DNA of 64,000 bases from Fimicolochytrium jonesii (lineage: Eukaryota). Each line of letters starts with the position of its first letter. Position 1 is the first letter of the stretch. The position numbers were made by a program, and so were the translations under genes. Of this stretch, positions 24,780-36,000 are shown one piece after another. The notes beneath the pieces were generated by a model. It saw nothing but the letters and a program-made list of their open reading frames with translations, did not search any database and had not been told where the DNA came from. Location: NCBI RefSeq assembly GCF_025526975.1, contig NW_026515680.1, positions 620,001-684,000 on the forward strand. Reading direction: 5' to 3'.

Positions 24780-26419
24780 TGTGAATCTGTCGGAGTAGGA
24801 GGGATAGCTTTTCTCGACCTATTGGTATCGTGCCGCATATCCGGGAATGCGGCGGCAGCTACGTGTGGAGATGTCGGTTCGTATGCGGCGCGCGAGATCA
24901 GGCATCATCGTTTCGTGCGACACTTCAGATAGATACGGCGGTCTATGTTGGTTTGGCGGCATGTACATCATCGCTTGTGGATGCTGGTGTGGTGCGGGCA
25001 TTGAGTACTGTGGTGTAGGATCTGGCATGCCGGGGGTCCGGGATCACAGCAACCATATGAACCGTTTCCTGATGTGCTATATGATCTTGGTAATTGTATG
25101 CAGGAGGGGCCATTCCTCGAGGTATTTCGGACGCGAAATTTGCCACTGGACCCAGCGGAGCAGGATGCACAAATTCCTTTGGCCGGTCAGGTTGAATATC
25201 GTGTCATGGCAACGGATGTTGGTGGTGATGCTGTTGATGCTGGTGCTGATGCTGGGGATCGTGGAGACTGATATGCTGTGATGGGTTCGGATGCAGTGTT
25301 AGTCCTAGGGACGCTAGTGTCGCACTCAGAGGCGTCAGCTCGGGGATGACGGCCAGGGTATCGTGGGATGAGAGCGTGGTAGGGTGGCCGGCGAGGTTTG
25401 CGGCGAAGTTTCCGTCATCGCCGTCGTTGTCCGTCTCGGCGTACTCAAAGTTGGGTGGCATCTTGTATGATGCAGAGGAACTGAGATGAAGCGAATGCAC
25501 GAAGCTCGGAGGTATGGAATGAGTCTGGAAGCTAGTGTTAGGTGTCGAAGTACTAAGATCGTACAGCGAGCGTACGGTAGAGCTCACCCTAGCCCTAGCC
25601 CAAAGCGACCCGCATCACCCGGTAGAAGACCTTGCTTGCTCATCGGTCCTTGGTAAACCTGGACTGCACTTAAGAAACATATGATGAACTCAGATGAACT
25701 CGGGAGTTGTGTTCGATGAGCTTGCTTGATCACTCTTAACGAGTACATATTCAGCTTAGACCATGTCCAGCACTGTGTTGAGAGCGTTCACATCCTGTTC
25801 GGTCTAAGGCTACGTCATGTATATCGCTGATACGCCCTCGTCCAGGCTATATCAGGGATGGAAGCCGGTATGAGTAGGGGTCGAAAGTCACAACGAGAGA
25901 ACGTCAAAGAAAGATGTACCTGCGGATCAAGACGAAAAAGGTTGAACACAGCTTCCGTCTTCATCTGCAACTCCATGAGATTTGTTTCCAGAGTGCGCTG
26001 GGTTTCCTGCTGTTCTGAAAGATCCGTCGTATGCTGCTGGCCTGAGACTTCTTCACCCTGTTCCAGAGCTACGATACAAGACCTGGTATTGGCGAGATCC
26101 ACCGTTTGCCGGCTGAGCGTGGATTGCTGATCAAGCAGTTTGGACCTAAGACCCAGATGGGTGAAGTTAGAAAGCAGAGTCACATCACGCAGGCGGAGGT
26201 GGTGCGTGATGTGGCTCTGCTCCTTAACTTCGCCGATCTGGATCTTGTTGCTAGCTATGCCATTCTCGAGGGTTTGAACAGTTTCTTCGAGATGTTGCGC
26301 CCGTACACCGTTTGTACCATGTACCGTCCGTGTCCTTGGATCTGGAAGAAGAATCCAGTAAGAAAATGGAAGGACGATGATGACAACGAACCGACGATGG
26401 TGAGACTAACAGTCAGTTT

Positions 26420-27298
26420 TCGAAACGCATCCAGCAATTGCGAGTGCCACGTGAATCTCATCCTGGTAAAACTCATCCAGGGCGGGATCTGGGATATGGA
26501 TGTCAGCCCATGTATTACGAAAGTTGAAGACGATGCATGATACATCATACCTGCATGTTCGTAATCCACAATGAAAGGGGACGGGGACGGGGACAGGGTT
26601 GAGGAGGGCGTTGATGGGGATGGCGGGGGCGGGGACAGCGGGGACAGCGGCGACAGCGGGGACAGCGGGGACAGCAGGGCAGTAGTAATCCACTGAAACG
26701 TACCGAAATGACCGCTCCTTCTTGATGTCTCGACAGAACCAGAGGTCACGCTTGTTTAGATCAATGCTGACGATGTTTGGAGCATCCCTTAGTTGACCGA
26801 ACAGATGACTGGATTCGAGATTTGCGCAGCGGGATAGCCGAAAACAGCCGCATTCCACGGCGCTCATAGAGGCGTGAGAGCTCACAATAGGCACCTGTGA
26901 CGAGGCAGGTGCGGACCATGATTAGACAAAAGAGGAAGCCGCGGGGGGGGGGGGGGGGGTAAATATACAGGACATAACTCACCTAAATATGGCATTGCGT
27001 CCACCGCAAGGCTGTACGCAAGCGGTTCATCCTGCGGAGGAAACAGAGCCCATAACTCGTCGAGGACGGTCCGCTCAAGTCGTGTGAGGCGCGCAAACTC
27101 TTCTTCGGTTGGAAACTCTTCAAACGTCGCATACTTTGCAAATTGACGGACACGCTGATAATACTGTCGCCGCTGCCCTCGGTTGGCTCTGGCTCTACGG
27201 AGATGCAGTTCGACTTGCTTCAAACCAATCCTGTCGTTGACGTCCCTGTCCGTCACGGCGGCTAGCTGCGCGCCCCAGTTAACCGAATCCACGGTCAT
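26420..27298 (-). pseudogene. Decayed Fanzor (eukaryotic TnpB-like RNA-guided nuclease) fragment with spliceosomal introns
   Basis: Across intron 26895-26982 the frame reads LFPPQDEPLAYSLAVDAMPYL-GAYCELSRLYERRGMRLFSAIPLRKSRI, resembling the Fanzor1 Y...P..YL...E..G...F...PLR.S.IP motif. After a frameshift or deletion comes NIVSIDLNKRDLWFCRD...SFRY (RuvC-I-like), then LDEFY. No RuvC-II or RuvC-III was seen. Confidence 0.6.
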
Positions 27299-28342
27299 AT
27301 GGTTTTCAAGACGTCGCAGTGGCTCGTCGTCGGAGTGTAGGCCCGGCCGTTTGGAGCTAAAGCCTTAGCTTCAGGAGAGCTACAGTATTTTCACCCGACT
27401 CGGTGCGCTGGCGTTTGCAGCTAGGGCCTTGATGATGAGGTGGCCTGTCTTCCGTTGCCGCGGTGTTCTTTCCAGCTTCCTTAGACTTCCATAACCTTGT
27501 AGTTGGGCTGGCCCTGAATGAAAGCCCACCACAACGTCAGAGGGGTTCGACGATGCAGCAGCCATCCCTCAGCCATCCCTCAAGTTGGAAAAAGGCAACG
27601 GTTGAAGCAGGGTCTCCTTCAATAGTAGCGAACGACCCCTAACCCCAACCCTTCCCCTCGTCATGTGGCGATTGACGTACTGGAACGCTGGAAACCCACT
27701 GGGCGATATCCTTTGATTTGCGGACCTGCTGAGCGTACATACCAGCTCGATGTCCCCCAGGACACATCGTCAATGTCAGGATCGTACTGTAAGCTCGAAT
27801 CTCGTCGTGCGTTGGAGGCGTTGGAACCGCGTCCGCGCCTGCCCCGCTTGCTGCGGCAGACTCGTCATTTCCGACAGGTTGGAGCGGGCTCCCTCGGGTG
27901 GTTGAATCTCCAGATGCGGATGGCCTCATTGGGACTTCATGACGACCATTGTTGTTGCCACCCGTTAGAGCAGACGGTGAGGGCACTGAGGGATAATCAA
28001 CAGGTCGAGGTCGCGGCAGGCACCTTGACGGGTCGCTAAGGAATTTGTAGTAGTGCCGGAGTCTGTGGTGTCGCTTGCAGCAGGTGACTCACGGGCTATT
28101 CCACAACGGGGCGGAATGAGCGCGTGCGCTGTTCCACTCTTCCACTCCGGGAACATTCCGTCCCACCTGCAGGTTCACAGTCCGCACTGTTGCCCGCTGG
28201 GCCAGAGACGATGACGGTGCACAAGTAGGACCAGTGCCTAGACTGGTACTTAACCAGGTGCCAGACGCCAGTGGATCCACCTCCTCCAGTCCACCCCCCT
28301 ATTCCGCAGCTGGTGCCCGTCCCCCACCCACTTTGAAGCAAC

Positions 28343-31300
28343 ATGACCATTACAGACACTCGTCCAACTGTTCCCGCCGCTGGCAACCGCAACCCTCTCG
28401 GCGCCGGCGGTCTCTTCTCGCTGCTTACCGTATCGTGGCTCAGCCCACTCGTTAACCTCGGCTTTGAGCGTCCTCTCGAGCTGGAAGATGTCCCGCCGCT
28501 CGGTCGAGGTCTGCAGGCCGGCCCTCTCGCTTCGAAATTGGACGTCTACTGGGACGAGTTGGCCCGTTCTCAGGGTAGCAGCAGCAGAGGCACACACAAA
28601 CCGCCGAGCTTGTTGTGGCATATTGCCAAGGTTGCGGGAGGTGCATGGATGCTGTCAGGTGTCGGCGTCACTCTCGCCGTGGCTTGTGAGCTAGCAAGTG
28701 CTGTCATTCTGCAGCAGCTTGTTATGGTCCTTGCTCCCCACGGCTCGGACACGTTCGTGTGGATCGACTCGGCTGCGACTCTCGCCGTGACCCTGTTCTT
28801 GCTGCAACTGGTGCGCTCAGCGGCACGCTCGCTGAAGTCTTCCTTTGATATAGTGGTTCGACTGAACTGCCAGTCTCTGCTGACGGTACGCCATTATTGA
28901 ATCATTCGATGAGACATTCCGATCAGTTTCCTAACATCCGTCATCTCCACAGGGCGTTATCTACGAAAAAGCCCTCCGATTACACTGCTCCGAAACGCAA
29001 GAGTACTCCGAGGGCCGCGTCATGAACATGATCAGCGCGGATGTGAAGGACATCTTTGCCTCGGCTTCCGATCTGCATCTCGTCTGGCTCACTCCGGCTC
29101 AACTTGTGGCGACGCTGATCTTGCTGAATCGCTTGATTGGATGGTCTATGTGGGTCGGTATTGGATGCATGTTGGTCCTCATGACCATCTTGATGGCGTT
29201 CGCTCCGGTTTACGAAAGATTTTGTGAACTCTTTCTCGAGCATGAAGATACCCGCCTCAATAAGATCCGCGAAATGCTTTTGGGTAAGAGCGTGGGCAAC
29301 GGGGTCCTCACCAGAGAGTCGCTGGCCGTACAGGCCAACTCATGGCTTCCCGTCCGCTTACAGGTATCCGCATGGTGAAACTCCGCGCCATGGAATCAAT
29401 CTTCGCCAATGAAATCAACAGCATGCGTGACAAACAAATCGACGCCCTAAAAAGCAAAGTCGGCGTCAACACCTTCGCTTGGACATTAACAGCGCTCATC
29501 ACAATCATCATGCCAGTCACGTCATTTCTAGCGTTCGCTTCTCGATCGGATGGGACGTTCTCCGCAAGCATCATCTTCCCCGCGCTGGCGCTCTTCAGCG
29601 CCCTCGCTGAGCCGTTGAACTTTTACCCGGGGATGTTGACGGATGTTTGGAAACTGCGGGTGTCGTGGGCCCGTGTCGCTGGGTTTTTGCGTGCGCGTGA
29701 GGTTGATCCTGTTCGCAAATCGGTGGACAGCGAGAATCCGTATGATGTTGAGGTCGTCAATGGTACATTCACTTGGGCGGCGGCGGCAGCGGATTCCGGA
29801 GAACCATCCGAAACGGATCCGTTGCTATCATCTGAAGCCCGTCCTGCTCCCATCTTGAAGGGCGTCGACGTCTCCATACCCTCTGGAGCACTGATGATGG
29901 TTGTTGGAGCAGTCGGCTCAGGAAAATCGTCGTTCCTCTCTGCGTTGCTGGGCCATATGGTTCAGATATCTGGCGAGGTGAGCTCGCAAACTGGTTTTTT
30001 GGGCGCGCCCACTCGTACCAACGCTTACATAGGATGTTACATCTTACAGACAAAGATGAACGGCTCGACCGCTTACGCGCCTCAACAGCCGTGGATTACT
30101 ACAGGGACAATCAAAGACAACATCGTTTTCAACGCAGCCATCAACGACGCAAAGCTCAAACAAGTCATCGAGGCTTGCTGTCTGGAGAGTGATTTAGGGC
30201 AGATGCGAGCCGGATTGGAGACCAGTATTGGAGAATTGGGCGTGAATCTGTCAGGCGGGCAGAAGGCCAGGGTGGCTTTGGCTAGGGCTGGGTATGCGGA
30301 TGCTGGTATGAGTCGTGGTTTCCCGAAAAAGTTTCAGTGTGGCTGCCCTACTGATCTGAACCTCCAACAGATATCATACTCCTGGATGATCCGCTCGGCT
30401 CGCTCGACCCGGTCGTCAGTCGGGACGTTTTTGCGAAATGCATCCAAGGGGTACTTGCTGGCAAAACTCGAATCCTCGTTACCCACCAGCTCCATCTCCT
30501 CCAACATGCGGATCATATTATTGTCTTGAAGGAGAACAGTATTGCGGAGCAGGGCACGTACACGGACCTCATGGCAGCAAACGGCACTCTTTCCGCCCTT
30601 GTGAAAGATCATCAAGTGGACGACGCCGCACCAGCTTCTTGCGCACCCGAGATCTTCAACGCTGAAGACGTCCCGGAAGCTTCCGCGGAAGGAGACGACG
30701 ACTTCCAAAAAACCGAATCCCGAATCCGTGGCCGCATCAGCAAAGCCCATCTAATGGCGTACATCCGGTCCATCGGCGGCTGGAAGATGGTCAGCGTGAT
30801 TCTGATGTCGGTGTCTGTGAAACAGGCGGCGTCTGTTATGGCTGCTGTTTGGCTCGCGTGGTGGTCTGAGAAGCATTTTGCGGATTTCACACAGGGTGAT
30901 TATTTTGAGGTTTATGGAGGGTTGGCGGCTGGGCAAGCTGTTTCTATCAGTACGTATCAGTTTCGGCTTCTGTTTCAATCGTTTGCCCGGTTCCGAGGAT
31001 TTATCCCCCTTACTTCCTACAGGTCTCTTCCTCGTCGTGGTCTACTACGCCGGGTTCCGCGGCAGCAAATACTTCCACCCGGCCGCCCTCCAAAACATCC
31101 TCAGGTCGCCCCTCTCCTTCTTCGAACGCGAACCCATCGGCCGTATCATGAACCGCTTCTCGGGCGACCTCGACACTATCGACGATGACCTACCGTCCGA
31201 GCTACACCTCTTCCTCACCAACCTCTTTGACCTCCTCGGCACGTTCGCCATCCTCACCTGGGTATCCTATTGGATCGTCGTCATCGCGGTTCCCATTGTC

Positions 31301-32717
31301 GCGTGCTACTGGCACCTCCAGCGGAGGTATCGCCCCGTCGCGCGTGAAATCCGCCGTATGATGGCCATCCAACGCTCTCCACTCTTCGCCTACATCTCCG
31401 AATCCCTCGCGGGCGTGAACGTGATCCGCGCATTCTGCCGCGAAAAGGATTTCATCGCGACGCAGAGACGGCATTTGGACGCGAGTTTGGAGGTGAATGT
31501 GATTCGTGCGGCGTGTACGGTGTGGTTGGAGTTTCGCTCGGAGTTTCTGGCGTCGTTTGTGACGTTGGGGATGGCGCTTGTCGGGGTGTTGTCGGAGGCG
31601 GCGGCGGGGTTTGTGGCGCTGGCGTTAGTTTATACGGTGGCGTTGAATACTAGTGTGCAGGCGTTCGTCAAGTAGGTATCTCTCATTCCTCCTTTGAAGC
31701 TCTGGTACCGTTCTCACACAGCTTACTCCCATCAGGTCAAGCGTAGATCTCGAAGCAGCCCTCGCGGCCGTCGAACGTCTCTCCGAATACGCCACCGATC
31801 TGATCCCCGAACCACCTGCCAACCTACCCACCGATCCCACATCAACCGAGTGGCCCACCGAGGGCAAGATCGTCGTAACGGACCTCAAAATTGCATACCC
31901 CAGCAATCCCGACGCACCTGTTCTCAAAGGTCTCACCCTCATCATCAACCCAGGCGAGCATATCGCAGTGGTTGGACGTACAGGATCCGGCAAGTCGACA
32001 TTCATGAGCGCCTTGTTCAGGGTCGTTGAATACACCTCTGGTTCAGTGACCATCGACGGCCGCGATGCCAGCACTCTCGGTTTGAATGTCCTACGTTCAA
32101 GTATCCAGATAATACCCCAGGACCCGGTTCTGTTCGAGGGTACCATCCGCTCCAACCTCCTGCTCGGGCATGCAAACTGGACCCATCATGCGTCCATCAC
32201 CGATGCCGACATCTGGTCCGCAATCCGGCGCGTCGGGCTCGGCAAAATGGTCGAAGACCTCCCCGACAAGCTCGACCACGCCGTCGAATCCGGCGGTCGG
32301 AGTCTGTCATTCGGTCAACGGCAGCTGATTTGTCTTGCGCGAGCGTTGCTTGAACGGCCGAAGATCTTGGTGCTGGATGAGGCGACGGCGAGTTTGGATG
32401 CAGAGGCGGATGCGATGGTGCAGGATGTTATTGCAAGGGAGATGAAGGGAGTTACGGTTATTTCTGTTGCGCATCGACGTGAGTTTTCTTTTGTGTTGGC
32501 GAGCCCCATGTCGATGTACTTACTCGCCCCATTTCCCTTTCGTTCAGTGCACACGATCGCAGGCTTCGACCGGGTCCTCGTCCTTGACGATGGTGAAATT
32601 GTCGAATCAGGAACTCCCACGGAATTGCTGAGAAATTCGGAAACTCATTTCAACCGTCTTGCATCCGCCATGGGCATGGCGAACCGTGAGGCGTTGGTGA
32701 GGGCTGCACAGGCGTAA
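28343..32717 (+). CDS. ABCC/MRP-family full-length ABC transporter (Yor1/Ycf1-like), about 8 exons
   Basis: Lasso motif FSLLTVSWLSPLVNLG; NBD1 GAVGSGKSS, LSGGQKARVALARA, LDDP; TMD2 FFEREPIGRIMNRFSGD; NBD2 VGRTGSGKST, LSFGQRQLICLARAL, LDEATASLD. Confidence 0.96.
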
Positions 32718-33056
32718 TGCGTGAGCAGGACTTGCGTCTTTTTGCGATCTGCAGTCATAGTGAAAGTCGGTGGCGTTCATCATCGTGCTGGAAGGTTGAT
32801 TCGCGTTTGACATTGATATATTTATCGGACCCCGTAGAGTACATAGATCATATAGATGTAGAGAACCTTAGATCTGGTCGTAGACTGTTTCGCATGTTCA
32901 TACGACCTTGAGATTCGTTGTCATTTCGAAACAAATGGAAGAGTGAACCGTCTATACGCAGTATGTGCATGTTCGCAGATATGTCACATAGGGACTTTTA
33001 TCCCAAATCCGACTCGTCGAAACCCGACTCGAGCGTCACAATTCTGATACGGTCCA

Positions 33057-36000
33057 TCAAACGTCCAATTCTTCCTCCGATGCAGGCGCTAGCGCTGCCG
33101 TTTTCAGAGGCGATTCTGCGCGAGACGCCATCGACCGCGCTTTGGATGTTGCACCCCTCCCTCTCGCAAGATCCAGCTTTCTCACCCACTCCTCAAGCGC
33201 CCTCTGGCTTTCCATTTGCACTCGCAGTCGTTCACCGCCCGGCAGTTGCAGCAGCAAACTGTTGTCGGTCGTATCCGCTTCCACGCTAACGCTGTCGATG
33301 ACGTAGAATCGTCCCTCTTTGGTGTCGATGTCGGTGAAGTCGATGTAGTTCTGGACCACTGATATCTGAACAGCTCGCCAGACGAGCGCAGCATCGGGTT
33401 TTACGGGGAGGTATTTGATTTTCTGGTAGATGCTTTGCGATTTTTGAGATTTCTACGGAAGAGTTTGAAGACCGACCAGATGAGATGATTGCTTTTTTGA
33501 TGATGGCATATGTCGACAGAAGCCTATCCATACTCACCAAAGCAATCGCCTTGATTTTCGCTTCCATGGCGTCCTCGATCTCGCCTCCAAGACCGTAGAG
33601 CAGCCAAACCTTGTAACCAAGGAATGATGCGGTCATAGCAGCCGCAACGACAAACGTCACTGCGGTTCGCAGCGCGAATTGCGCGATCCCGTTCATCATG
33701 TTTGGAAGTAGAATGCCGGCGGACAGGATTCCCGTGATGCCCATGTTTGCAGCGTTCACCAGCAGCAGCCTATCTTCGAGTGCAGGAACAGGCCAGCCCA
33801 CTTTGATGGTCTCGTAGGCGAGCTTGCACGCCGTCAGCAGGATTGTCCCCGTGATGATCATCAGGCAAGTTATGAAGCCGATCTGCTTCTTTTCGGTTCC
33901 CCAGCAGATCCAGAAGCGATCTTGCGATGCGTATGTCAGTTGGGGAGTCGGCGCCTCCACGACTCTCCATAGGGCAACCAGAATCTACATCGGAAGGAGA
34001 CATAATGTTATGCGACGTGATGAAAAGATGAGTCCAGCGTCCGCCTGCTGCATTGGATACGTACGACGAAAAGAACTAGTGTTGCGGCAAGTGCACTCGC
34101 TGTTACTTTCTTGAAAGCCATAGAGAAGTCCGTCCCTAAGGCCATCTTATTCTTTCGTCGGGTATAATGTCCCCATGATTTGAGCATAAGACATCTGCGC
34201 GGCAGAATGGGTGAGCAACACCAACGCGGTTTAGCGGTACCTTCGAAATTAAATGCGAACTTACGAGGATGTCAGCCCGAAGGAGCAGGGAAGCATCCAT
34301 ATCTGCACCCGGCATGATAACGCAGTTGGCTCTACGGTGTCGGTGATCGGCAGTGCGAAGAGGCAAATGAGGCCGAGGGCTAGAACCCTGTGAACGATCA
34401 AGATACCTCGGATTAGTCATTGGCTATCCGGCCGGCAGATTCACGAGCAATCGACTCACATATTCAAGTTCCGCGTGGTGCCCTGAATCGCCTGTCCATT
34501 GCGCTTCATGAACAGCAGTCCCGCAAGCGCCAACACCGTCAGCATACAGATACCAGAGATCACGATGACCACCATAGATCCAGCGCTCGTGATTTTGGTG
34601 TTGGCCAATGCACCTTCGAGAACTTGTACACCCATCGTTTCCGGTGACGTTAACGTCTGTTGCAGCTTTGCAGACGCCACCTTCAGCTGCCGGTAGTCGA
34701 GGAATGCTCCACTTTGCGCATCCATTAGAGAGAATTTCATGTACACAGTGTCCGCGCCATCTCGTCGAGCTAGGTTCGCATGCCCAGAGGTCCAAAAATT
34801 GCGATAGATGACATTGTACGTGTTATTGTAGACCTCCTTGATTTTGTTGACCATACGATCGCGTCCGTCCACGGAGTAATCGAAAACGTCGGATGAACCC
34901 GTAAAGATCGGGGTCTGAGAGTCAAAGGAAAAGGTGAGACTGTCGTTCTCGCTTTTTCTCATTTGGCAAGCGATGCCCTCGTAGGCGGTATCGGTGCATG
35001 TGCAGTTCCCGTCCGATACGCACACGCCGGCCGTGGATGAACAACCTAACGAGCATTGGGGAGATCGACATTCAAGTTCGGGGGTGCCTGACGCAGCTAG
35101 CAGTTTGCGAGGCGGATCGCAGCGGGAGATGGTGAGCGACCGGAGTAAAGGGGAGAACTCGGAAATGTCGGTTCCGGAATCGTCGACCAATTTGATCCGG
35201 TAGGTTCCCGGACTCCCGAACACTCGTACATCTACAGATTCGGAAGCTGGTCAACCTCAGATCCGTATGAACGCGCAGAGCAAATCGAACTCACTTTCGA
35301 AGGTCAATTTCCCATTATCGACAACACCCATGGTCGGACCATACAGGGTAGCCACCCTCGAGATTACCTCATCCCCGTCCATATCAACCAACGCGATCTT
35401 CACAACCGCCGCAGTCTCCTGCTCGAACCCAATGAACTGCCCATAGGCGTCATATGTCGATATCCCGAAGATTGGGAGAGTGTCTCCCGGTAAAAGGATC
35501 ACGTCATCCCAGTTCCCAGACGGGACGAACGTAGCGGATGCAGTTCCCCGGTCGGGTAGCAGCGGCGCCGAGTTATCTGCATATGTCACAGAGATGAAAT
35601 CTAAGGATTTGCGGGCTCCGGTGTACCATGCGCCGCCGTACTGGAGCGCCGTGTTTTCGGTGAAGGAGACGTTTTGAACCACGAGGTTCGGCTGGCTGGT
35701 GAAGCGCTCGATGAAGAGGGCGCCGCCGTTGTTTGCAGTGTTGTTTGTGAATGTGCTGAACGGGGAAATGAATGAGTGATGCGAGAGAGCCTTGGGGGAT
35801 CTGGGACCCGTCTGCTTACCTGTTAACAATGGTGATGCTGCACCGTCCAGCGTTGACGTTGCCGTAAATCGCCCCCCCTCGACCTGCGGCTGTGTTAGAA
35901 TTGAACGCGGAGTTTGTGAAGCTTGCCGTGCCGTCGCAGTCACTGAGGATTGCACCGTCGTTTGACGTCCAGTTCTCTACGAAGGCGAGGGTTGAGTAGA

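Noticed and set aside
22300..26400. Fanzor RuvC-II/III or omegaRNA downstream of the relic
   Set aside because: No DE..TS/zinc-finger or NRD.N motif was found, and no element end is recognisable.
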